Assembly: GCF_963921235.1 (NCBI RefSeq)
Contig: NC_086119.1
Span: 16,244,001 to 16,308,000 of the forward strand
Reading direction: 5' to 3'
DNA length: 64,000 nucleotides
From: Mobula hypostoma
Lineage: Eukaryota
The translations under genes and the position numbers were made by a program. A model generated the notes under the pieces. That model was not told where the DNA came from and made no database searches. It worked only from the letters and a program-made list of their open reading frames with translations. Within the stretch, counting starts at the first letter, position 1; every line of letters begins with the position of its first letter. Below are positions 1 to 11,900 of this stretch, piece by piece.

Positions 1-15
1 CCCCCCCCCCCCCCC

Positions 16-649
16 GTTTGCTGGAGAAATTGTGGAAATCAAAATGCAAACCATTATCATATTTTCTGGGAATGCCCCGTTATCAAAGACTATTGGAGTG
101 TGATCCATAATGCCCTACAAGACATCTTCAAATGTGAAATACCCTTAGAGAGTAAGACCATATATTTTGGGTACATACCTCAAGAATGGTTGAAAAGAGA
201 TAAATATTTAATGAATGTACTGCTGGTGGCTGGTAAAAAGACCCTTACTGTACCAGGAAATGGTTATCACAGGAGAGCCCAACTTTAAATGTATGGATGG
301 AAATTACAATGGACATTTACAAAATGGAGAAGATAACAGCATCTGTTAATCATAAATTGGAACAATTCTATTCATACTGGAAAAAATGGTTTAACTACAT
401 AACACCTCATAGGCCTGATTTTATTCTCACAAGTCAATTAATAAATTGTAAAAAAAAAATCACTCCCTCTGTACATAGTTTTCTTCTTTCGATTGTTCTT
501 TCTTTCCTCTCCTTTCTATAAGTGTATACCTCAGATAAATATTATGTGGAGATTTGTGACATATACATATGTACAGTATCTAAAATACATCTTATGGAAA
601 TGTTTGTCTGATGATGATATTCAATAAAAAATAAACAACAAAAAAAAAG
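16..649 (+). mobile_element. L1/Tx1-type LINE 3' end (ORF2 C-terminal CCHC zinc knuckle, 3'UTR, A-rich tail)
   Basis: Frame from ~19 reads CWRNCGNQNANHYHIFWECPVIKDYWSVIHNALQDIFKCEIP (C-x3-C..H-x4-C knuckle). It is followed by frameshifted LLVAGKKTL and WKKW motifs, then AATAAA and an A-rich tail at ~623-648. Confidence 0.75.
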
Positions 650-654
650 ATTGG

Positions 655-820
655 CGACCACTAATGTATTCCTTCTCCTCTCCCCCACCCACCTTCTTAT
701 TCTGGCTTCTTCCCTCTTCCTTCCTCGCCCTGATGAAGAGCTTCGGCCTGAAACATCGAATATTTATTCCTTTCCATATATGCTGCCCACCCTGCAGAGT
801 TCCTCCAGCATTTTGTGTGA
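655..820 (+). mobile_element. Penelope pLTR fragment (older subfamily) with degenerate hammerhead
   Basis: cctgatgaagagcttcggcctgaaacatcga...gagttcctccagcattttgtgtg. Similar fragments occur at ~2420-2702 and ~3120-3610. Confidence 0.7.
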
Positions 821-1265
821 GGGCTCTCAAATGTGTCTCTACATTGATAGCTTCCCGTTCCCATTCTCTCTCTCTCTCTCTGTCTCCTTTCTTAAACATT
901 CATTCTAATCCATAGGAACATTTCCAGAACCTCTGAAGCCATGTAAGATGATAAGCTCTTTCATAACCCTGGGAAGTATGATCATCAGGTCCTTGGAATT
1001 CATTAGGCTTTAAGCTTCAACTAAAATGGCTGAAAATGATTTGCCAATTGCTAGTATTAACCTTAACCACTGCATTGATACACTTCAAGCTAAGAGAAAC
1101 AAAGTCCTTTTCCAGCTTTAAACCAACCCTTATTCTACTGGTTGTATAGTACAATAATTAAACTGGACTCCTTCTCTACCAGTACAGCCCTACAGGCACT
1201 GGATTTTCTGCTAATTTGCTAAAAATTTTCATCCAGGTTCTATACGAATAAAATAGGCAGCTTAC

Positions 1266-1604
1266 CAATAATCTGCACACTGATGGTGTGTGTACCAAAG
1301 AGAGGAGGGACATAAACCAAACAGGTGTAGGATCCTTCTTTGCTGATATTAATATTTCTTAAGAGGAGGGATGCATTCCCATTCTTGATCTGGTCCAAGG
1401 ATACTTCAACTCCCTTCTCAATGTCTTCAATCTGCTGAGACCGTCCATTGTAGGAGAACAGTTTCTTCTTTACCCCCTTGTATTGGTATCTCCAGTCAAT
1501 GTTAGCAGCAGCATTGTGATCAACCTTGAAGCCACAGTCCAGAACCAGGTCTTGATTCAGTTTGGTTTTAATCAGTGGCGTACTTGTGTAAATGATATAG
1601 TTCA
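1266..1604 (-). CDS. TAPBPL: Tapasin-family gene exon 4 (IgV domain)
   Basis: Acceptor ttatctgttag|tg and donor attg|gtaag. 339 nt, phase 1-1. Reads VNYIIYTSTPLIKTKLNQDLVLDCGFKVDH..IDWRYQYKG..GNASLLL..EGSYTCLVYVPPLFGTHTISVQI, with the canonical V-set C-W-C. The symbol is meant as the third tapasin-like paralog of non-eutherian vertebrates, not necessarily the orthologue of human TAPBPL/TAPBPR. Confidence 0.88.
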
Positions 1605-1691
1605 CTAACAGATAAAAACAGAAATAACCAAATTATTAGATGGTCTCAGTAGACCATTGAGATTTCACTTACCTCAAAAGATAAAGGTACC

Positions 1692-2198
1692 GATTATTGT
1701 GAGCAGTTTTGGGCCCCCTGTCTAAGGAAGAATGCACTGGCATTGGGGAAGGTCCAGAGGAGATTCACAAGAATGAGGGTTTGATGGCTCTGGGCCTGTA
1801 CTCACAGCTTAGAAGAACGAAGGGGTTCTTAGTGAAAGATTGAAAGGCCTAAATAGAGTGGATGTGGAGTGTGGGGGGGGGGGTGTCGAGGACCATAGGG
1901 CACAGCCTCAGAATACAAGGATGTCCCTTTAGAACAGAGATGAGGAGGAATTTCTTTAGCCAGAGGGTGGTGAATCCGTGAAATTCATTGCCACAGATGG
2001 CTGTGGAGGCCAAATCATTGGGTGTATTTAAGGCCGAGGTTGGTGGGTTCTTGATTAATAAGAGTATCAAAGGTTATGGGGAGAAGGCAGAAGAATGGGA
2101 TTGAGAGGGATAATAAATCAGCCCTGATGGAATAGTGGAGCAAACTCAATGGGCCAAATGGTGTAATTTTGCTCCTATATCTTATAGATCTATGGTCT
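1692..2198 (+). mobile_element. CR1 LINE 3' fragment
   Basis: Translates to RT C-terminal QFWAP...RGHSLRIQGCPFRTEMRRNFFSQRVVN-like sequence, followed by the CR1 3'UTR. Confidence 0.8.
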
Positions 2199-3606
2199 AA
2201 AAGCTTACCATTTTAATATAACTATTTACTTGCCTTCTGGCCTTCTGATCTTATGTGTTCCTGTGGAAACACAGCTGTGCAAAGCCCTACAAGGGATAAA
2301 TTATTAAATAGATACAAAAAGGAGCTAAAATATTTCTAATGGGAAAATAGATCAAAGGATATAGGAAGCTTCGATGATGACATCTGATCACCAAACACAT
2401 TGAATCACAGAGCAAGAACAAAGAGGTGAATCTCCTACCCCTCCTCCTTCCCTTTCTCCCATGGTCAACTCTCCTCTCCTATCAGATTCCTTCCTCTCCG
2501 GCCCTTGACCTTCCTGGCCCACCTGGCTTCACCTATCATCTTCTACCTATCCTCCTTCTCCTCGCACCAGCCTTTCCTTCTGGCATTTACCCCCTTCCTT
2601 CTCAGTCCTGAAGAAAGGACTCGGCCCGAAATGACAACTGCTTATTCATTTCCATTGATGCTGCCTGACCTGCTGAGTTCCTCCAGCATTTTGTGTGTGT
2701 TGACTTAAGCTTGCATCGCACAGTTCTTTATCTTGGTTCAGCCAGAATGTGTTTATTTTCTGGCCATCAGCATTGTCAGGCAATACAGTGTTGTTTTAAA
2801 AAAAACTCTGTACATCAGTACATCAGCTTTTGGCTTCAATCATAAATTGTAACTAAATTGGTAAAGGCAATAATAATAACTGCACCTAAAAAATATTGAC
2901 CCATGTTTCACTGCTCTCTCCACACCACCCCCATCCACACTACACCCCAAGCAGGTTCAATAATGCTTTCAGAAATAACTGTAATTGGTCAGTAGGCACA
3001 AACAAGGCTCACATTTTGATATTCACATTCTTCAAAACAAAATCATGACTGAAATTATAAAACTAAATGGCAGAGTTTTACAGTATGAAAAGAACAAATT
3101 ATTTTTTTTAGCAGTCTTAAGGGATCCTCTTTAGAATTGACCAAAAATAAAGAATGCATGCCCTAGAACAGCGATCCACGGCCTTCCCTTGTGCCAAGAT
3201 GAGGCCAACCTCAGGGTGGAGGAGCAACACCTTATATTCCATCTGGGCAGCCTCCAACCTGATGGCATGAATATTGATTTCTCCTTCTGGTAAAAAATAT
3301 TTTCCCTCCCCTCCCCTCTCCTCTTCCTCTATTCTCCACCCTGGTCTCTTACCTCTTCTCGTCAGCCTATCACTTCCCCCTGGGCCCCCTCCTCCTTCCC
3401 TTTTTCCACTCTCCTCTCCTATCAGCCCTTTACCTTTCCCACCCACCTGGCTTCACCTATCACCTTCCGGCTAGCCGCCTTCTGCTCCCCTACCTTCTTA
3501 TTCTGGCATCTGACCCCTTCCTTTTCAGTCCAGAAGAAGGGGCTCAGCCTGAAACATCACTGTTTAAATAGATGCTACCTGATTTGCTGAGTTCCTCCAG
3601 CATTTT

Positions 3607-3608
<2 letters not shown>

Positions 3609-3656
<48 letters not shown>
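3609..3656 (+). repeat. (GT)n microsatellite grown from the Penelope pLTR tail
   Basis: About 24 GT units directly after ccagcattttga. Confidence 0.9.
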
Positions 3657-3657
<1 letters not shown>

Positions 3658-3719
3658 GCTATCTTTTCTTGTACAGGTTTCAACAAATTATATTGGACTT
3701 CTTCAGTCCGTATAAACTT

Positions 3720-4043
3720 TAAGATTAAGATTGCCCTTTATCTGTCACATGTACATCAAAACATCGGAGCATACAGTGAAATGCATCATTTGGGTCAATG
3801 ACCAATGCAGGCTGAGGACGTGCTGGCAGTAGCCCCCAAATTCTGCTATCAGCACAGCAAGCCCACAATTTACTAACCCTAACCCATATATCTTTGGACT
3901 GTGGGAGGAAACCAGAGCACCTGGAGGAAACCCAAGCGGTCACGGGGAGAACATACAAACTCCTTACGGACAGCGGCAGGAAATAAACCTGGGTCGCTGG
4001 CGCCGTAAAATGTTATGCCAACCGTTATGCCACCGTGCTGCCC
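3720..4043 (-). mobile_element. tRNA-derived V-SINE (HE1-like)
   Basis: Head gggcagcacggtggcataacggtt (box A) and V-domain gggtttcctccaggtgctctggtttcctcccacagtccaaaga. Other copies lie at ~5890-6150(+), 15750-15970(+), 28165-28430(-), 37590-37850(-), 47495-47740(+), 51820-51970(-), 53450-53690(+), 55240-55500(-) and 62885-63970. Confidence 0.8.
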
Positions 4044-4049
4044 TGTTAC

Positions 4050-4340
4050 CTTGGACTGACACAGTGTCTGTGTTTCCAATGGGTGGGTCTTCTTCATCAG
4101 TTGGAGTTTCACGCTCCTTATTGTCCTCGTGATTAGGCGCTTTTAGCTTCCTCATGAATCCAGTTACGGTGAACTTCCCATGTCTGTGCTTTACAGTCAC
4201 CGTGAGCCACTTGTCTTCACCTTGCTCCTCGTCCTTCTGCGGCCAGGGAGCGTGGAATCCATAGGTGGAGTGTCGGCTAATCTCACATTCCAAATCATCG
4301 GGTTTTGTGCCCACGTACTGGAATATGTCTAAGGAAGAAC
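4050..4340 (-). CDS. TAPBPL: Tapasin-family gene exon 3 (N-domain second half)
   Basis: Acceptor ctttcacttacag|gt and donor caag|gtaac. 291 nt, phase 1-1. GSSLDIFQYVGTKPDDLECEISRHSTYGFHAPWP...KWLTVTVKH contains the tapasin-family CE(I/M)SR motif. Confidence 0.88.
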
Positions 4341-4837
4341 CTGTAAGTGAAAGGATTACATTTACGTTAAAAGGGAAGGCAGTACATGACTATGAGAAGT
4401 TCAAAGTAAATTTATTATCAAGGTACATATACGTCACCATATACTGAGATTCGGTTTCTGGCAGATATACTAAACGTTAACAGAATCAATAAAAGGCCGC
4501 ATCCAACAGGACAGACAAATCTGGCAATGTTCTTGTAAATCTAACTTGCATTTGCTAATGAGGCCCTTGTTATAACAGGGTAACTAAAATTGTACACAAC
4601 ATTCCAAGTGTGGCCTCCTAATCTAGTTAGAGTGCCAGCCTTACACCAAATCCCTTTATTGCTTTCCAGCCACATCAAATTGCATTGGATGGTAAGGTCT
4701 GCTTTAATCCCAATTTCGTCCATCTTCCAAAGTGTGGGTTGGTTAAAATGAAATGTGCCTGTTCATGCTTTGTCTCCTCTCCTTATAAATCAGAGGATCT
4801 ACTGACTTACCATGAACAGTAGCTTCGGAAAAAGGAT

Positions 4838-5034
4838 CTAGCGCTTTCCCAGCGTGACGCATGAACTCTTCTTGGGCTTCCAGCCGGGTACAGATGTTGA
4901 TTTTAACCAGCATTTTGATGACAAACTTCCCAATGAAGATGGCAGAGTCTGCCATCGAAACGTCAGTTAAAATCGACACCTAGACCCGGCTGGAAGCTGA
5001 GAAGAGTTTATGCACAGCTCTGGAGATCCGCTAG
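4838..5034. repeat. Long imperfect inverted repeat (stem-loop) in tapasin-like intron 2
   Basis: 4859-4920 pairs with 4953-5013: 49 of 61 pairs are Watson-Crick, with 1 bulge. The outer CTAGCG/CGCTAG also pair. A perfect 9-bp hairpin gatggcaga-g-tctgccatc is nested in the loop. Confidence 0.9.
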
Positions 5035-5190
5035 TGAAATAAAATTAACAAGCCTGTTTTATATAATAAGCAAATATTGATGTTTTAGGTGACAGAGTAA
5101 CAACTTCCCAAATTATTAGAACCACTATGTTACAAAGGATGTGTGCCACAGATAATTAATTGCAGAGAATGCTTGATGTTTCCACGTTAC

Positions 5191-5370
5191 CTTTAACTTT
5201 AAAACGAATTGCTTCCTCATTTGTATCGAAATCGCCATACAGCAGCAATGCCTTCCTCAAAATGATCATCTGCCCTATCGGAAGAGACCCGTCATCCTCC
5301 TTCACTTCTCGAAAACTGCAATCCAGCTTTCTGTTTGGAAGCACGTGTCCATTCTCGGCCAGTGCAATTC
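5191..5370 (-). CDS. TAPBPL: Tapasin-family gene exon 2 (end of signal peptide, N-domain first half)
   Basis: Acceptor ttttccttcctcag|ga and donor aaag|gtaac. 180 nt, phase 1-1. GIALAENGHVLPNRKLDCSFREV...LRKALLLYGDF..AIRFKVK matches the tapasin pattern C..ALLL..(F/L)xV. Confidence 0.85.
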
Positions 5371-6419
5371 CTGAGGAAGGAAAAGCAAAGTAGGAAACGA
5401 AAGGGAAATCTTTAAACAAAGGTTGTACAATGTACTATACTGCCACTTTGCTGAAGAAATAGAAATATCTTTGTGCTGATAGTGAGTACTTCAGCCTCGA
5501 CATCTATATTTATTCTCTCATGTCTGGAATGTCTGTAATAATTTTGGCCATAAACAAACTTGCATTAATCAGGAAGCTCTCAGTTCAAACCCTACTCTGG
5601 AGACCTAGTCAGTGGTTGACAAACATACCCAGTACTGCGGCATCCCCTCAGTACTGTACTGCTATGTAGACCTTTATGATCAAAGGATTCAATTAAGACA
5701 CTGGCCAGCAGGTCAGGCTTGAGGTGCTTGGTGACCTTTTGTTCTTCTCTTGTAGACCCGGTATGAATTGTTTCTATGTTGGTCCAATTTTATTTATGAA
5801 GTGTGCTACATAATGGGACAAAAATGTATAATTCTTTCATCTGAAGCACTGACTTCTATTAGCAGTGTTATCTTTCCTTTGCACCCCACCCATTAGCACA
5901 ACACTTTACAGTACAGGCGTTCCAGGTTTAATTTCCGTTGCTGCCTATAAGGAGTTCGTACGTTCTCCCTGTGACTGCGTGTGTTTCCTCCGGGTGCTCC
6001 AGTTTCCTCCCACAGTCCAAAGACACACCAGTTGGTAGGTTCATTGGTCAATGTAAACTGTCCCGTGAAACAGGCCAGGGTTAAATCAGGGGATTGCTGG
6101 ACAGCGTGGCTCGAAGGGTCAGTTTCATGTTGCATCCCAATAAATAAATTATACAAAGATGACTGGTCTACGGTGATGTTTATATCATTTGAGAAAGTAC
6201 TTCTCTTGTCCCTATAACGTTAGAAGCACAACTATATTTGACAATCTTCTCCACTTCACTGTCTCTTGCAAAATCATGAAAGCATTCACTTAAATTTGAA
6301 ATTGCCAAAATATCTACATTATGCACCACATAGACCTACTTTGTTTCACAAGCAAGATGGAGCCATGTGGATGCATATCTTGGGCTTTTTCATGAAAAAA
6401 AACCCTGCCGCGTGCACTA

Positions 6420-8040
6420 AGATAAATGATCAGTTAGCCTGACTTCAGTGGTTGAGAAGAATCTGGAGTCCATTATAAAGGATGAGGTTTCGGGGTACTT
6501 GAAGGCACGTGATAAGAGAGGCCAAAGTCAGCATGGCTTCCTTAAGAGGAAATCTTGCCTGACAAATCTGTTGGAATTCTTTGAGGAAATAACAAGCAGG
6601 ATAGACAAAGGAGAGTCAGTGGATGTTGTTTATTCGGATTTTCAGATAGTATTTGACGAGGTACCACACATGAGGCTGCTTAGCAAGATAAGAGCCCATG
6701 GCATAACAGGAAAGATACCAGCATGGATAGAAACACACATCAAAGTTGCTGATGAACACAGAGAGCCAGGCAGCATCTTTAGGAAGAGGTACAGTCAATG
6801 TTTCAGGCCAAGACCCTTCGTCAGAACTAACGTTAGGACGTTAGTCCTGACAAAGGGTCTCGGCCTGAAACATAAACTGTACCTCTTCCTAGAGATGCTG
6901 CCTGGCCTGCTGCGTACACCAGCAACTTTGATGTGTGTTGCTTGAATTTCCAGCATCTGCAGAATTCCTCTTGTTTGAGCATGGATAGAAAATTGGCTGA
7001 CTGGCAGGAGGCGAAGAGGGGAATAAAGGGGACCTGTTCAGGTTGGCTGCCAGTGACTAGTGATGTTCCACAGGGATTGGTGTTGGAACCACTTCTTTTC
7101 ATGTTATATATCAATGATTTGAATGATGGAACTGATGGCTCTGTGGCCAAGCTTGTGGACAATACGAAGGTAAAAGGGTAGGTAGTGCTGAGGAAGCAGG
7201 GAGTCTGCAGAAGGACTTGAACAGGTTGGGAGAATGGGGAAAGAAGTGATAGATGGATACATAGTGGAGGGACCTGTGCAGCAATGCACTTTGATAGAAG
7301 GAATAAAGGTGTAGACTGTTTTCTAAACAAGGAGAAAATTCAAAACACAGAGCTGCAAAGCAACTTGGGAATCCTCAAGCAGGATTCCCTAAAGGCTAAT
7401 TTGTAAATTAAGTCGGTGGTAAGGAAACAAATGCAATATTAGCATTCATTTCGAGAAGGGTAGAATATAAAAGCGAGAATATCATGCTGAAGCTTTATAA
7501 GGCATTGGTCATGTCGCACAGAGTATTCTGAGCAATTTTGGGCCCCTTATCTAAGAAAAGATGTGCTGTAATTGGGGAGTGTCCAAACGAGGCTTCAGAG
7601 AATGATTCCAGGAATGACAGGGTTAAGGGATTGGGAGCGTTTGATGGCTCAGGGCCCGCACTCGCTGGAGTTTGGAAGAATGAGGGGGATCTTACTGAAA
7701 CCTATTGAAGTTGAAAGGTCTGGGTAGATTGGATGTGGAGAGCATGTTTCCTCCAGTGGGGTACTCTAGGACAACAGGGTACAGATTCAAAACAGAGGGA
7801 TGTCCATTTAGAACAGAGATGAGGAGGAATTTCTTTAGCTGTGGGATGGTGAATCTGTGGAATTCATTGCCACAGATGGCTGTGGAAGCCAAGTCATTGA
7901 GTATATTTAAAGCAGAGGTTGATTAGTCAGGGTGTCAAAGGTTACAGAGAAAAGGCAGGAAAATGGCGTTGAGAGTGATAATAAATCAGCCACGATGGAC
8001 CAGATGGCCTAATTCTGCTCTCACGTCTTATGGTCTATAA
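6420..8040 (+). mobile_element. Degenerate CR1 LINE (RT domain to 3'UTR), interrupted at 6734-6977
   Basis: ORFs read QHGFLKRKSCLTNLLEFFEE..VDVVYSDFQ and VPQGLVLEPLLFMLYINDL..AKLVDNTK, followed by the CR1 3' end. Confidence 0.88.
6734..6977. mobile_element. Head-to-head inverted pair of Penelope pLTR fragments with 14-bp TSD
   Basis: TSD agcatggatagaaa at 6720-6733 and 6978-6991. The ~100-bp arms are inverted around gttaggac. Confidence 0.85.
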
Positions 8041-8959
8041 TCTGGAGGCAGGACAGTTGGCCCAAACACTCCATGCCAACACCATTTCTCCACTCAAGCC
8101 TTGTCCCATCGTTCCACATCCAATTCTATCATCATATCCCTCAAATCCCTTCTTTCTTATTTAGTTGTCCAGCTTCCTCTTAAATGTATCTGTGACATTC
8201 ACTACAACCACTCCTTATGGGAGCAAGTTCCAGTCCCTGGATAAGGATTATTTCTTCTGAATTCCCTGATGCATTGTTTGGCAACCATCTTACATTGACG
8301 GTTCTGCTCTTCTCCACTAATGGAAATATTCTCCCTGACCATCCTATAAAAAAGCTTCACTGAAACTTGCAGGACTTGACAGGTTGGAAGCAGGCAGGAT
8401 GACAGTCCTGGCTGAGGAGTTGAGAAGCAAGAGTCAGAATAAGGGGTCAGTTGTGTCGGACTAAAACGAGGAGGAATTGCTCAGAAGGTTGCAGCTCTTT
8501 GGTATTCCCTGCCCTGGAGGGGTGCAAAGATTTGATCTTTGAGCTTATCCAAAGAGGCTGATAGACCTCTGAATATTTGGGGAATCAATTAAGACAGAAA
8601 CAGGACAAGAAACTAGCGAGAGAGGTAGAACAACAACAGTGATCTTAATGAATGACGGAGCAGACTCAAATTCCTGCTCCTTACATTCATGATTTAAAGA
8701 CGTCCAGCAGGTCACCCCTCAGATTTCTCCAGTGAAAAACCTTAATGGATCCTAAGAGTTAAAGGTTGGCCTGGACGTCCAGGAAAACCCTCTGTCGCTC
8801 TCTGAACAGGACCATGGGACACCTGGGAATTCAATGGCTTAACTTCCTACCAAAAACACAGTATCAATGACAGTGCAAAAGACAAAACTCGAGTACAACA
8901 TTTACCATCAAACCTGCAGGCTAAGAGGGTGCTGTTGCTGGGTGGCAGACTGACCTTTA

Positions 8960-11900
8960 CCCTATGGAAGCCAGGTAGCATCGCTCAGACCCTCTTACCT
9001 ACTTCTTGAAGGGGACCCCACTCTGGACCATCAGAAGACTATCTCCAACACCATCACTGATCTCATCAACTCTGGCACCATCTACTGCCTCCAAACTCAA
9101 TGTTCCCTTACCCTGCACTGCTTGCTTCTACCTCCTACTCAAGATCCACAGACCTGACTGATGGGGTAGGCCCATTGTCTCTGCCTGCTCCCGCCCCACT
9201 GAAATCGTGTCCATTCTATCCTCCTTGGTTCAGTTCCGTCCCACCTCTATCCATGACGCTCTCCTGCTCTTGATCTCCTCATTATCTTTCACTTCTCTGG
9301 CCCTGACCGCTTCTTTTTCACCATGGATGTCCAGTCCCTATATACTTCTATCCTCCATCAAGGATTTAATGCTCTCTGCTTTATTTCCTCATTAAAAGAA
9401 CCAACCAGTCCCCTCCACCACCACCCTCTTCCATCTGGCAGAACTGGAACAATTTCTCTTTCCACTTTCTCCAGACTCGAAGGGTGGTCATGGACACCCA
9501 CGTGAGCTCCAGCTAAACCTGCCTTTCCGATGGCTACATGGAACAGTCGATGTCATGCTCCACAACACTTCCTCCCTTACATTGATTACTGCATTGGTGC
9601 TGCTTCTTGCACCCATGCTGAGCTCATCAATTTCATCAACTCCTTCCACCCTGCCTAAAGTTTACTTGGTCCATTTCTGACACCTCCCTCTCCTTTCTTG
9701 ATCTCTGTCTCCATCTCTGGGGGACAAACTATCGACCAACATCTTTTATAAAAATTACCAATTCTCACAGCTATACCTCTTCCCACATTGTCTCCTGTTA
9801 AAATGGTACTCCGTTTCTCTCAGTTCCTCCTTCTCCGCCGCATCTGTTCCCAGAATGAGATTTTCCTTTCTAGGACGACAGAACGGGGTTTTCCTTCCTC
9901 CACCATTGATGCTGCCCTCACCCGCATCTCCTCCATTTCCTGGACATCCACACTCACCCCATGTTCTTGTCGTCTTAACAGCAATAGAGTTACTTTTGTC
10001 CTTATTTACCACCCCATGAGCCTCTCCATCCAACACATCACTCTCCATAATTTCTGCATCTCCATAGAAACATAGAAAATAGGTGCAGGCGTAGGCCATT
10101 CGGCCCTTCGAGCCTACACCGCCATTCAGTATGATCAAGGCTGATCATCCAACTCAGAACCCTGTACCTGCCTTCTCTCCATACTCCCTGATCCCTTTAG
10201 CCACAAGGGCCATATCTAACTCCCTCTTAAGTATAGCCAATGAACTGGCCTCAACTGTTTCCTGTGGCAGAGAATTCCACAGATTCACCACTCTCTGTGT
10301 GAAGAAGTTTTTCCTTATCTCGGTCCTAAAAGGCTTCCCCTTTATCCTCAAACTGTGACCCCTTGTTCTGGACTTCCCCAACATCGGGAACAATCTTCCT
10401 GCATCTAGCCTGTCCAATCCCTTAGAATTTTATACGTTTCAATAAGATCCCCCCAATCTTCTAAATTCCAGAGAGTATAAGCCTAGTCAATCCAGTCTTT
10501 CATCATATGAAAGTCCTGCCATCCCAGGAATCAAATTGGTGAACCTTCTTTGTACTCCCTCTATGGCAAGAATGTCTTTCCTCAGATTAGGGGACCAAAA
10601 CTGCACACAATACTCCAGGTGTGGTCTCACCAAGGCCTTGTACAATTGCAGTAGTACCGCCCTGCTCCTGTACTCGAATCCTCTTGCTATGAATGCCAGC
10701 ATACTGTTCGTCTTTTTCACCACCTGCTGTACCTGCATACCCACTTTCAATGACTGGTGTACAATGACACCCAGGTCTCGTTGCACCTCCTCTTTTCCTA
10801 ATCAGCCACCATTCAGATAATAATCTGTTTTCCTGTTCTTGCCACCGAAGTGGATAACCTCACATTTATCCACATTAAATTGCATCTGCCATGAATTTGC
10901 CCACTCACCTAACCTATCCAAGTCACCCTGCGTCCTCTTAGCATCCTCCTCACAGCTAACACTGCCGCCCAGCTTCGTGTCATCTGCAAACTTGGAGATG
11001 CTGCATTTAATTCCCTCATCTAAGTCATTAATATATATTGTAAACAACTGGGGTCCCAGTACTGAGCCTTGCAGTACTCCACTAGTCACTGCCTGCCATT
11101 CTGAAAAGGTCCCATTTATTCTCACTCTTTGCTTCCTGTCTGCCAACCAATTCTCTATCCACATCAATACCATACCCCCAATACCGTGTGCTTTAAGTTT
11201 GCACACTAATCTCCTGTGTGGGACCTTGTCAAAAGCCTTTTGAAAATCCAAATATACCACATCCACTGGTTCTCCCCTATCCACTCTACTAGTTACATCC
11301 TCAAAAAATTCTGTGAGATTCATCAGACATGATTTTCCTTTCACAAATCCATGCTGACTTTGTCCGATGATCGTACTACCAAACACATCTTTATCTCAAC
11401 CCCCCCCCCCACTCTCCACTCCCTTCGTGGTTCCCTTGTCCATTCGTCCCTCCCCACTAACCTCCCTCCAAGTACTTACTCCTGCAGGTGGCCAAAGTAC
11501 TCCACCTGTCCATTCACCTCCATTCAGAGCCCTAAACATTTGCTGAATGGTGAGGCAACACTTCACTTGCTAATCTGCTGAGGTCGCCTATTTTATCTGA
11601 TGTCCCCAATGCAGCCTCCTCTACATTGGAGAGGCCTGCTGTAAACTGGGGGACCACTTTGCCGAGCACCTCGGCTCCATCCGCCAAAAGCGGAACTTCT
11701 CAGTGGACAAACATTTTATTTCCAATTCCCATTCCTGCTCGGACATGTTGGTCCGAGGCCTCCTCTTGTGCAAAAGATGAGGCCATCCTCAAGATGGAGG
11801 AGCACCATCCGTCCAGGTAGCCTCCGACCTGATGGCATGAACATTGGTCTCTCCTTCCGATATAAAAAAAATCCCTCCCCCTTTCTCCTCTTCTACTCCC

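Noticed and set aside
1-15. Poly-C run at the window start
   Set aside because: A homopolymer at the edge with no context. Its length is possibly a sequencing artefact.
4743-4979. 78-aa minus-strand ORF as a regular tapasin-like exon, or a UAG-to-UIG edited read-through exon
   Set aside because: Its frame needs phase-0 entry, but exon 2 ends in phase 1. Exons 2 and 3 already join in frame and align with the family.
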